A stretch of 16,796 nucleotides of DNA, taken from the NCBI GenBank assembly GCA_040752415.1, contig JBFMGU010000229.1, positions 1 through 16,796 of the forward strand, written 5' to 3'. Position 1 is the first letter of the stretch. Each line of letters begins with the position of its first letter. Shown piece by piece: positions 8,224 to 16,453 of the stretch. A program made the translations under genes and the position numbers. The DNA comes from Myxococcota bacterium. GTDB lineage: Bacteria; Myxococcota; JACRCW01. Under the pieces are notes generated by a model, which was given only the letters and a program-made list of their open reading frames with translations, was not told where the DNA came from and did not search any database.

Positions 8224-8351
8224 GGTCAGTCCCGCGCCCCGCGCACCCGTTGCACATGACACGTGATGCGCCTTTCCAGGCGAACGGGACGCTGGACGTG
8301 TCGTGGACCGCGTACCTGGTGCGCGGCCACGACGGTCAAGGAGGAATCACG

Positions 8352-9023
8352 ATGAGGAAGATCCTGGGATTCTTCGCCATGGGTGCGCTGCTCGTCGCTG
8401 GTCAGGCCATCGCCCAGACCAACGTGCAGCCGGGTCAGCAGCCGGGCGCACAACCGGGGACCCCACAGGCCACACAGCCGGGCATGGGCCAGAAGGACAT
8501 GGGCAAGACCGCGGGCGCCGGCTCCGACGTGGGCACCAAGATCTCCGACGCGGACAAGAAGTTCATCAAGAAGGCTGCCGAGGATGGCCTGAGGGAGGTG
8601 GAGCTCGGCCGCATGATGGTGGACAAGGCCACCACGCCGGAGGTCAAGCAGTTCGCGCAGATGATGGTGGAGCACCACTCGCGCACCAATGACCAGCTCC
8701 GTCAGATTGCCCAGCAGAAAGGCGTGGAGTTTCCCACCGCCGTCGACAACGACATGCTCAACAAGCTGCAGAAGATGAGCGGCAACAAGCTGGAGAAGGA
8801 ATACATCTCCAACATGGTCAAGGATCACCGCAAGGACGTCGACTACTTCGAGAAGCAGGCCGACAAGGTGAAGGACCCTGACCTCAAGCAGTTCGTGAAC
8901 ACCACCCTGCCCACGCTGCAGCAACACCTCAGTGAGGCGCAGCGCATCAAGGACACCCTGGGTCAGGAAAAGGGCAAGACCTCCATCAAGCCTGAGGAGG
9001 GCACCGAGAAGCCGCGCATGTGA
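8352..9023 (+). CDS. Secreted DUF4142 domain protein
   Basis: GGAGGA RBS; signal peptide MRKILGFFAMGALLVAGQAIA; QPG-repeat linker; DKKFIKKAA..GL.EVELG, VKQFAQMMVEHH, YI.NMVKDH.KDV..F and LPTLQQHL..A. Confidence 0.92.
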   Translation: MRKILGFFAMGALLVAGQAIAQTNVQPGQQPGAQPGTPQATQPGMGQKDMGKTAGAGSDVGTKISDADKKFIKKAAEDGLREVELGRMMVDKATTPEVKQFAQMMVEHHSRTNDQLRQIAQQKGVEFPTAVDNDMLNKLQKMSGNKLEKEYISNMVKDHRKDVDYFEKQADKVKDPDLKQFVNTTLPTLQQHLSEAQRIKDTLGQEKGKTSIKPEEGTEKPRM

Positions 9024-9051
9024 GCGCCGCCTCGGCGGAACGCGTCAAGAG

Positions 9052-9112
9052 ATGCACCCGGCACCGGCGTTGCGGCCCCAGGAGCGGGTCGCGCGCCGGT
9101 GCGTGCGTTTTT
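9052..9112 (+). terminator. Intrinsic terminator-like hairpin between convergent genes
   Basis: GCACCGGCG (9061-9069) pairs with CGCCGGTGC (9094-9102), with extra inner and outer pairing, followed by TTTTT (9108-9112). Confidence 0.6.
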
Positions 9113-9123
9113 CCGACGCCACG

Positions 9124-10290
9124 TTACGGGGTCAACACCACCTTGATGCAGTCCTCGCGCTTGTTCTTGAAGATGTCATAGCCGTGCGCGGCCTCCTCCA
9201 GGGGCAGGCGGTGCGTGATGATGAAGGTGGCGTCCAGCTCTCCGCGTTGGATCCTGTCCAGCAACGGGCGCATGTATCGGTGCACGTGCGCCTGACCGGA
9301 GCGCAGCGTCAGGCCCTTGTTCGCCACCGCACCCATGGGGAACCTGTCCACCGTGCCGCTGTAGAAGCCAGGCACGCTCACCACACCGCCCTTGCGGCAG
9401 TGCATGATCGCCTCGCGCAGCGCATGGGGCCGGTCGGTCTCCAGGCGCATGGCGTGCCTGGCGCGGTCGTACGCGTTTTCCAGGCCCACGTCGTGCGCTT
9501 CCATTCCCACGGCGTCAATGGTGGCGTCGGGACCGCGGCCGCCGGTGATGTCGCGCAGAACCTCGCCCACGTCCGCTTTCTCGTCGTTGATGATCACCGC
9601 GTTCTTGCGCCGCGCGGTCTCCAGCCGCTCGGGGACCCGGTCAATGATGATCACCCGCTCCGCGCCCATGGCGTAGGCGCACACCACCGTGAGCAGCCCC
9701 ACCGGCCCCGCGCCCCAGATGGCCACCGTGTCGCCGCGCTGGATGTTGCAGTGCTCCGCGGCCTGCCACGCCGTGGGGAGGATGTCCGTGAGGAACAGGA
9801 CCTGCTCGTCGCGCAGGCCCTCGGGCACCTTGAGCGGCCCCACGTCGGCAAAAGGCACGCGGACGTACTGCGCCTGGCCGCCGGCGTATCCGCCCGTCAG
9901 GTGCGAGTAGCCAAAGAGCCCGGCTGGGGAATGGCCCCAGTGCTCCTCCGCCTGCGCCGCGTTGGGATTGGAGTTGTCGCAGCAGGACCACAGCTCGCGT
10001 TTGCAGAAGAAACACGCGCCGCACGCAATGGGGAAGGGCACCAGCACGCGGTCACCTTTCTGCAGGTTCTTCACCTCCGGGCCCAGCTCCACCACCTCCC
10101 CCATGAACTCGTGGCCCAGGATGTCCCCCTTGCGCATCGCGGGGACGTCGCCGCTGTAGAGGTGAAGGTCGGAGCCGCAGATGGCCGTGGAGGTGACGCG
10201 GATGATGGCGTCGCGTGGGTTGATGATGGTGGGGTCGGGCACGGTCTTGACGCGGACGTCGGCCACGCCGTTCCAGCACACTGCTCTCAT
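9124..10290 (-). CDS. Zinc-dependent medium-chain alcohol dehydrogenase (YbdR / formaldehyde-dehydrogenase-like)
   Basis: TAICGSDLH, LGHEFMG, structural Zn C-G-x-C-FF-C...C, FGYSHLTGGYAGGQA, DILPT and GAGPVG. GGAG RBS present. Confidence 0.95.
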   Translation of the reverse strand: MRAVCWNGVADVRVKTVPDPTIINPRDAIIRVTSTAICGSDLHLYSGDVPAMRKGDILGHEFMGEVVELGPEVKNLQKGDRVLVPFPIACGACFFCKRELWSCCDNSNPNAAQAEEHWGHSPAGLFGYSHLTGGYAGGQAQYVRVPFADVGPLKVPEGLRDEQVLFLTDILPTAWQAAEHCNIQRGDTVAIWGAGPVGLLTVVCAYAMGAERVIIIDRVPERLETARRKNAVIINDEKADVGEVLRDITGGRGPDATIDAVGMEAHDVGLENAYDRARHAMRLETDRPHALREAIMHCRKGGVVSVPGFYSGTVDRFPMGAVANKGLTLRSGQAHVHRYMRPLLDRIQRGELDATFIITHRLPLEEAAHGYDIFKNKREDCIKVVLTP

Positions 10291-10318
10291 GGTGCGCTCC
10301 GAGATGATTTAGTGTAAT

Positions 10319-11074
10319 TTAGTAACGGCCGGAGGGCTGCCCCTCGGTGGAGGCCACCTCACCGGTCTCCAGCATCTGCTTGAGACGGCGGAGGTCGTCG
10401 GCAACCTGCTGCCGGGGCTCCTCGCCGAACAGCCGGGCAAACGCAGCGCCCACGGCGCCGGCGGGCGGCGCGTACTGCAGGGTCACCCGCATCACGGTGC
10501 CCCGGCCACCCGCGGCGGGGATGAGCTGCACCGCGCCCGCGTTCTCCATGTCCGCGCCCGGCAGGCTGCGCCAACGCAGGCGCTCGCCCGGCACCTCCTC
10601 CACCAGCTCCGCGTCCCACCGCACCCGCATCCCCAGCGGCGCGTGGGCGGACCAGCGGCTGCGGCGGTCGTCGACGATCTCCACGCTCTCCAGGTGCCGC
10701 ATGAAGCGCGGCAGGTTCCGCAGGTCGCGCCAGAACCGGTAGATCTCGTCGGGAGCGCGGTCCACCGTCACCGCTTTCTCGATGAGGATCTCCCGCGCTC
10801 CTGGCAGCGCGCCAGGGCCCTCCGCCACCGCCAGCGCGCCCCCGGTCCGGTTGAGCCAACTTCTCCCGGTGATGCCGCGCTTGATGAGTCCTCCGCCCGC
10901 CAGCGCCAAGGCCAGTCCGCCCACGCCGCCACGTGCAATGCCGTACACCGTGAGCACGCCGCCGCCGATCAGGGAGACCCAACGCTCCGGCACATCCACG
11001 GCGGGCTCCTTGCGGCCCAGTGGCACCTCGACGGTGCGGGGAGGTTGCGGAACGTGGCTCTCCGTGGCGGTCAT
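10319..11074 (-). CDS. SRPBCC (polyketide cyclase/dehydrase-like) protein with N-terminal DUF2892/YgaP-like membrane segment
   Basis: ERWVSLIGGG...LIKRGITG hydrophobic segment, then IYRFWRDLRNLPRFMRHLESV, WDAE, WRSLPGAD..NAG.V and DLRRLKQMLETGE. ATG 11074 has a GGAG RBS, and the stop lies 28 nt upstream of the dehydrogenase (likely operon). Confidence 0.92.
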   Translation of the reverse strand: MTATESHVPQPPRTVEVPLGRKEPAVDVPERWVSLIGGGVLTVYGIARGGVGGLALALAGGGLIKRGITGRSWLNRTGGALAVAEGPGALPGAREILIEKAVTVDRAPDEIYRFWRDLRNLPRFMRHLESVEIVDDRRSRWSAHAPLGMRVRWDAELVEEVPGERLRWRSLPGADMENAGAVQLIPAAGGRGTVMRVTLQYAPPAGAVGAAFARLFGEEPRQQVADDLRRLKQMLETGEVASTEGQPSGRY

Positions 11075-11310
11075 GCATGCTCCATGCGGGTGCCGCGCGC
11101 GGGGCGCAGCGGAGAAGGAAGGGTGTGGCGGTGCCGTCCGCGCGTCAGTCCGGCGACGCGAGCGACGGGGAAAGCGATTGGCGCCGCGCTTTATTCCGCC
11201 CCCGCGAGAGTCCGTTGCGCACCGCCAACCGGGGGCCAACCGCAAGGTGTGGGTCCGCACGTCGCGGGGCGCGGGTTGCGGCGCTGTCACCCCGTCGTCA
11301 CAACGGGCTT

Positions 11311-11717
11311 GTGAATCACCTCCACCCGCCCAGCCTTGGCCAGACCATCCTGGTCGTGGACGACGATGACGACGTGCGCGAGACCCTGGCCGACCTCCTG
11401 GAGAGCGCGGGGCACCGGGTGGTGTGCGCACCAACGGCGTGGAGGCCCTGCGTTGGCTGCGCAAGGAGACCGCCCCCGCGCTGATCCTGCTGGACCTGAT
11501 GATGCCGCACGTCTCCGGCACCATGGTCTGCCTGGAGCTCCGTCGTGACCCGCGCTGGCGCAAGGTGCCCATCATCATCACCTCCGCCATGGCCGACCAC
11601 CCCGACGTGAAGGACCTGGTGGACCACGCGGTGGCCATCCTGCCCAAGCCCGTGGACCTCGCGCGCCTGCTCGCGGTGGCGGGGGACCACCTGGCGCCCC
11701 GCACCGTGACGTCCTGA
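11311..11717 (+). pseudogene. Single-domain response regulator split by a 1-nt frameshift near 11429-11430 (pseudogene or sequencing error)
   Basis: The frame from GTG 11311 gives TILVVDDDDDVRETLADLLESAGHRVVCA. The -1 frame continues TNGVEALRWL...LILLDLMMP...IIITSA...LPKPVD to TGA 11717. One extra base restores a 135-aa receiver. Confidence 0.85.
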
Positions 11718-11894
11718 GCCCTTCCCTTGCCGCGCTGCGTGCGGCGCCACGGCGTTGCCGCCGAGGTTGTGGACGCTCACCGCGGCGGCGCGGCCCGGGC
11801 GGTTGGCGACGTGCGTTGGCGGTGGATGCGGCGGCTCGACGGGGACTCCACGCGGCAGGGCCCCTGTGCCAGACTGGAAGGGGGAGGGAATTCC

Positions 11895-13472
11895 GTGGGG
11901 CGGAAGGTCCTGTTGGTGGATGAGCGGGACGCGCGACGGGGGGCGCTGCGCAACGCGTTGGTGGCGCGCGGCGTGGAGTGCCTGGAGTTCCGTGATCCGT
12001 TCCACGCCATGGGCGCGCTGGGGCGCGCGGATTTCAACGCGCTGGTGATGGCGGAGGGCGCACGTCAGCTCTCCCGACGGGGATTGTGTCTCCTTGCGCG
12101 CAAGCGCCACCCGCACATGCGCATCTGCGTGCTGGGACGGGATTCCTCCGACGAGGCACGCGCGCGCCTGGCGCTGGGCGTGTCCGTGGTGCCGCTCGAC
12201 GGAGAGCGCGACGCGGAATGGTTGGCCCGCCGCGTGGTCGACGAGATGGCGCGCCCGGAGCTGCAGCCCTTTGACGTGCCCAGCACCACCCAGGTTGCCG
12301 CCGCGCTGGACATGGTGAGCGACGAGGTGAACCTGGAGGCGGCGCAACCTCGGGCCGGGCGCACGCTGCTGATGGGGGAGCTGGCGCGCGGGGATGCTCC
12401 GGCGGTGCTGGGCGCCCTGTGCGCGCAGGAGCTCACCGGCCGCCTCGTCGTCGACAGCGGTCCGGCGGAGGGCACGCTGTTCTTCCTGCGCGGGGACCCG
12501 GTGTGGGCCACGCGGCCCGGTGGCGACGGAGCGCACTTCCGCCTGCTGAAGGAGCGCGGATGGATTCCCGCCACCGCCACGCAGCCCATGATCCCGGAGG
12601 GAGAGCTGCTCGGCGCGCTGGCGCTGGCCGGTGTCATTGGCAGCCAGGAGCTCCACGCCTTCATGCGTGAGCACGTCCGGCAGCAGGTCCTGGCGTTCCT
12701 GGGCGCCCTGGCGGGTGCGTGCCGCTTCGTCGAGGACCAGGCCTTCCTCAACGTCACGCCGCTCCTCAAGGTCAACGCGGTGGGCCTGATGCTGGAGGGG
12801 CGCCGGACGCGCATGGCGCCGGACGCGTTGCTCGCCGTGGCGGTGGAGCTGGAGGAGCACTTCATCATCGCGGAGCCCGGGCTGCGCACGGTGGCGCGCC
12901 GGCTGGCGCCGTTCATGCGCGGGCGTGACGTCGTGGAGATCCTGGGACAACCCAGCACGCTGGGGTCGTTCTGGGAGACCTCCGGCCTGGGCATGCTGGT
13001 GGGAACGCTGTTGGCGCTGACCCTGCGTGACGCGCGCCTGGTGGCGCTGTCGTCGGAGGCGCCCGTCCTGACGCCCGCGCCGGTGCTCCTGCAGGACCCG
13101 GTTCCCTCCGCGGTGCAGGGGATGCCCGTGCTCCCGGAGCAGGACATCGAGCTCGTGTCGCCGGGAGAGACGGAGCACCAGCGCGCCGCGCGTGACGAGG
13201 TGATGACGCTGTATGCCTGCCTCAAGCCCATGCACGCGCCCCACCAGATCCTGGGCGTGGCGCTCAGCGCCTCCGAGCGCGAGGTGGAACAGGGCTATCA
13301 CGCCATGATCGGCAAGCTGAACACGTTCCGTTTTGCCAGCGGCCCCGTCGACGCGGTGCTCTCCTCCCGCGTGGCGGAGCTGCACTCCAAGGTGGAGGCC
13401 GCGTATCACACGCTCAAGGCCACCTTCCTGCAGCCCACGGTGGCGTCGGGATCCGGCGGCAACCCGTTCTGA
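11895..13472 (+). CDS. Pseudo-receiver + DUF4388 + degenerate DnaJ-like domain protein
   Basis: GGAGGG RBS before GTG 11895. KVLLVD receiver-like start; GELARGDAPAVLGALCAQELTGRLVV...GTLFFLRGDPVWA (DUF4388 pattern); C-terminal PHQILGV..SAS..EV..GY...KVEAAYHTL (J-like). Confidence 0.75.
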   Translation: MGRKVLLVDERDARRGALRNALVARGVECLEFRDPFHAMGALGRADFNALVMAEGARQLSRRGLCLLARKRHPHMRICVLGRDSSDEARARLALGVSVVPLDGERDAEWLARRVVDEMARPELQPFDVPSTTQVAAALDMVSDEVNLEAAQPRAGRTLLMGELARGDAPAVLGALCAQELTGRLVVDSGPAEGTLFFLRGDPVWATRPGGDGAHFRLLKERGWIPATATQPMIPEGELLGALALAGVIGSQELHAFMREHVRQQVLAFLGALAGACRFVEDQAFLNVTPLLKVNAVGLMLEGRRTRMAPDALLAVAVELEEHFIIAEPGLRTVARRLAPFMRGRDVVEILGQPSTLGSFWETSGLGMLVGTLLALTLRDARLVALSSEAPVLTPAPVLLQDPVPSAVQGMPVLPEQDIELVSPGETEHQRAARDEVMTLYACLKPMHAPHQILGVALSASEREVEQGYHAMIGKLNTFRFASGPVDAVLSSRVAELHSKVEAAYHTLKATFLQPTVASGSGGNPF

Positions 13473-13477
13473 TCAAC

Positions 13478-15097
13478 TCACGGGCGGCACCAGGATTCCC
13501 ACTTGCAGCGGGAGGAGCAGCAGTCCCCGTTGTTCCGGTTCCCGTCGTCACAGTCCTCGTTGCCCACCACCCGCCAGTCCCCGCACACCGGGTCGCAGTC
13601 GCTGGGCTTGCGCCCCTCGCACTCCCAGCCGCTCTCCACGTGGCAGTCCTCGCTGCAGCCGTCGCCGGAGCGGGTGTCTTCGTCGTCGCAGTCCTCCTCG
13701 CCCGCCCGCACGCCGTCGCCGCACACCGTGAAGCAGATGCTGGGCCCGCCAATGCAGGTCCAGCCGTCCTCCGCCTTGCACTTCTCGTCGCAGCCGTCGT
13801 CGTCGTCGGTGCCGCCGTCGTCGCACTCCTCCTTGCCCACGGTCTGTCCGTCGCCGCAGATCTCGTCACACCGGCTCGGCTCGCCCTCGCAGGTCCAGCC
13901 CTCCTCCACCTCGCAGCGGTGGCTGCACCCGTCGTCGGATACCGGGTTGACGTCGTCGCATTCCTCGTCGCCGGCAATCGCTCCGTCGCCACAGGAGATC
14001 TCACACTCGCTCGGGACCCCGGAGCACAGCCAACCGTGTTCCGGGTAGCAGGCCTCGCTGCAGCCGTCCCCCGCGGAGGTGTTCTCGTCGTCGCACCACT
14101 CCCGTCCCGCGGGCACGCCGTCGCCGCAGGTGGTGGCGCAGGCGCTGGGCTCCCCCAGGCATCGCCATCCCGGCTCGGTGGCGCAGTCGTGGGAGCAGCC
14201 GTCCAGGTCCATCGTGGCGCCGTCGTCGCAGAGCTCCGGGCCAGCCACCACGCCGTCGCCGCAGAGGGTGGTGCACAGGATGGGCAGCTCCGCGGTGCAG
14301 GTCCATCCCTCCTCCACCGTGCAGCCGGGGCCGCACCCGTCGTCGTCCTGCAGGTTGGCGTCGTCGCATTGCTCACCGCCCAGCAGCAAACCGTCACCAC
14401 ACACCGGGGCGCAGCTGGAGGGCCCGCCCGCGCAGGTCCAGCCCATCTCCACGCCACAGTTGCCCGCGCAGCCGTCGCCATCCGCCAGGTTCCCGTCGTC
14501 ACACGTCTCCACGCCCACCACCACGCCGTCGCCGCAGCCCGCCACGCAGCTGCTGGGCTCGCCGCTGCAGCCCCAGCCTTCCTCGCGGACGCAGCGCTGG
14601 TCGCAGCCGTCGCCATCCGCGTTGTTGGCGTCGTCGCAGACCTCCACTCCCGCCACCAGGCCATCTCCGCACGTCGTCACGCACCGGCTGGGTGTGCCGT
14701 TGCAGGTCCACCCGGACTCCGGCGCGCACGTGCCCGAGCAGCCGTCGCCGTCCACCTTGTTGGCGTCGTCGCAGCCCTCGCCACCGCCGCGGATGCCGTC
14801 CCCGCACGTGGCCACTGGACCGCCGCCGCCCGACGAGGGCGCCCCGCCGCTGGAAGTGCCCGGGGCGGGACCGCTGCCGGTGTTGGCGGATGCCACGTTG
14901 CCGGAGCTGGAGGAGGCCTGCGCGCCCCCCCGCGAGGAGGATGACGACGAGGACGGGTCGCCCGGGCTGCCGCCGCCGCCACCCGGGCCTGGGCAGTCTC
15001 CTGCCACGCACTCCGCGGGGCGCGGGTCTTCGCTGCTGCAGGACGCGGCCAGCCCGACGAGCGTCAGGATGGTGCCCAGTCGCGCCGTGGTTCTCAT
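13478..15097 (-). CDS. Lipoprotein made of Myxococcus cysteine-rich repeats (DUF4215-like)
   Basis: GGAGG RBS; signal peptide MRTTARLGTILTLVGLAAS-C (lipobox-like); Gly/Ser/Pro linker; ten CGDG.....E.CDD......DGC...C..E.GW.C...P..C units. Confidence 0.92.
   Translation of the reverse strand: MRTTARLGTILTLVGLAASCSSEDPRPAECVAGDCPGPGGGGGSPGDPSSSSSSSRGGAQASSSSGNVASANTGSGPAPGTSSGGAPSSGGGGPVATCGDGIRGGGEGCDDANKVDGDGCSGTCAPESGWTCNGTPSRCVTTCGDGLVAGVEVCDDANNADGDGCDQRCVREEGWGCSGEPSSCVAGCGDGVVVGVETCDDGNLADGDGCAGNCGVEMGWTCAGGPSSCAPVCGDGLLLGGEQCDDANLQDDDGCGPGCTVEEGWTCTAELPILCTTLCGDGVVAGPELCDDGATMDLDGCSHDCATEPGWRCLGEPSACATTCGDGVPAGREWCDDENTSAGDGCSEACYPEHGWLCSGVPSECEISCGDGAIAGDEECDDVNPVSDDGCSHRCEVEEGWTCEGEPSRCDEICGDGQTVGKEECDDGGTDDDDGCDEKCKAEDGWTCIGGPSICFTVCGDGVRAGEEDCDDEDTRSGDGCSEDCHVESGWECEGRKPSDCDPVCGDWRVVGNEDCDDGNRNNGDCCSSRCKWESWCRP
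13481..14806 (-). repeat. Ten tandem diverged coding repeats, mostly 135 nt (45 aa)
   Basis: Units begin with CGD every 45 aa (46 aa for units 4 and 9). The tenth unit is shortened and ends the protein. Confidence 0.9.
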
Positions 15098-15136
15098 GGG
15101 TTCCTCCGCGTCGGTGTTCCGGGATGGCGCTGGCGC

Positions 15137-16453
15137 TCACTCGTCCGGGTCGGCCTGGCCGGCGTCCGGGCGCGGTGCGATGTTGGGATCCAGGGGGTGG
15201 TTGTGGCCCGGGACGCGGTCGAACTGGTTGAAGCCCACGTCCTGTCCGTCGGACTCCTCGCGGCCCAGGCCGGACAGCGCGTTGTCGAACAGCACGTTGT
15301 CGCGCACGGAGTTGGCGGAGGCGTGCTCACTGAAGCGGATGCCCACGTCGGTGTTGTCGTGCACCACGTTGCCTTCCACCACGTTGTACCGGCTGCGCTC
15401 GTAGACGTGGAGACCGTACTGGTTGCGGTACAGGTCATTGCCGCGGATGACGTTGCTGTGGCTCTGGAAGATGGCGATGCCCCAGCCGCCGTTGTCGTGG
15501 CTGCGGTTGCCCTCCACCGTGGAGACCACCACGTCCAGGTGCAGCATGATGCCGTGGCGACCGTTGAAGCTGCTGGTGTTGTTGCGGATGACCAGGTGGT
15601 CGCAGTTCTTGGAGCAGATGATGCCGTGCGTCCCGTTGTGGTGGACCAGGTTGTCGGCAATCAGCAGGCGGTCGGAGTTGTCGTGCGGGTCGATGCCGTA
15701 GACCGCGTTGTGCGCCACCTCGTTGCCAACCCACTCCATGCAGGAAGCGCCCCACATGTAGCCGCCCATGTAGTTGTGGTGGATGCGACTGGACAGCACC
15801 ACGCCGCGCACCTCCACCTCGTCGAAGACCGGGGAATCCTCGCCGCTGTCACCGGTGCCGCTCACCCGCCACGCCAGGCCGTACGCGGAATCATCAAAGT
15901 GTCCCAGGTAGCCCACGTCGCTGTCGCGGATGTCCATGCGCGACTCCCGCGGCTGCTCGTCCTGCAGGAAGGAGCGCACGCTGATGAACGCCCGGCCGTC
16001 CTCGTGCAGCAGATCCGGAACACCTGCGGTCTCGTCCCAGCTGGTGACGCGCGTGCCCTGGATGTCCACCGCGCCCCACGCCGCCTGGATGGAGATGAAG
16101 CCCGCCGGCGTGCTCAACAGGCGCAGCTCTTCCACGTCGCCGCCCGCGCGCGGCCCGTGGAGCAGCAGCGTAGCGCCCTCCCGCAGCACCACGTTGGCGC
16201 GCAGCATCCACACGCCGGGCAGCCCGGGCACCGTCGTCAGCGCGCCTTCCGGGACCACGTCCGCCATCTCGCTGGGCGTGCACCCCATGTCCCCCGTCAG
16301 CGTCACCGTCTGTTCCGCTTCGGAGAACATGATGCTCGCGCTTTCGCAGGGTGGTGGCGTCCGGGGCGGCAGGTTGTTGTCCTGGCACACGCCGGACCCG
16401 TGCGACTGAGCCAGCGCGGTCAGCACCATGACGGCATTCGCCCAGCCCGGCAT
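15137..16453 (-). CDS. Secreted right-handed parallel beta-helix protein, AlgG-like polysaccharide C5-epimerase homolog
   Basis: AAGGAG RBS before ATG 16453 and a short hydrophobic N-terminus. TSWD...GRAFI, YLG....AYGL, YGIDPHD (15680-15700), HGIICS and repeated N...N..GI beta-helix coils; 438 aa. Confidence 0.82.
   Translation of the reverse strand: MPGWANAVMVLTALAQSHGSGVCQDNNLPPRTPPPCESASIMFSEAEQTVTLTGDMGCTPSEMADVVPEGALTTVPGLPGVWMLRANVVLREGATLLLHGPRAGGDVEELRLLSTPAGFISIQAAWGAVDIQGTRVTSWDETAGVPDLLHEDGRAFISVRSFLQDEQPRESRMDIRDSDVGYLGHFDDSAYGLAWRVSGTGDSGEDSPVFDEVEVRGVVLSSRIHHNYMGGYMWGASCMEWVGNEVAHNAVYGIDPHDNSDRLLIADNLVHHNGTHGIICSKNCDHLVIRNNTSSFNGRHGIMLHLDVVVSTVEGNRSHDNGGWGIAIFQSHSNVIRGNDLYRNQYGLHVYERSRYNVVEGNVVHDNTDVGIRFSEHASANSVRDNVLFDNALSGLGREESDGQDVGFNQFDRVPGHNHPLDPNIAPRPDAGQADPDE

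Noticed and set aside
11119..11252. Two AAG(G)GTGTGG copies upstream of the SRPBCC gene
   Set aside because: They are short and imperfect, and were not found upstream of the other candidate co-regulated genes, so chance cannot be excluded.
1022..11717. The two stand-alone receiver genes as flanking repeats of a mobile island
   Set aside because: Similarity is only at protein-family level. No integrase, transposase, target duplication or GC shift was seen.
13481..14806. Regular ~135-nt periodicity as a CRISPR array or non-coding repeat
   Set aside because: The units are in-frame, diverged protein repeats, with no identical direct repeats separated by spacers.
13503..15404. Plus-strand ORFs with QPSPS/SSH repeats
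   Set aside because: They are the antisense reading of the Cys-rich repeat gene.
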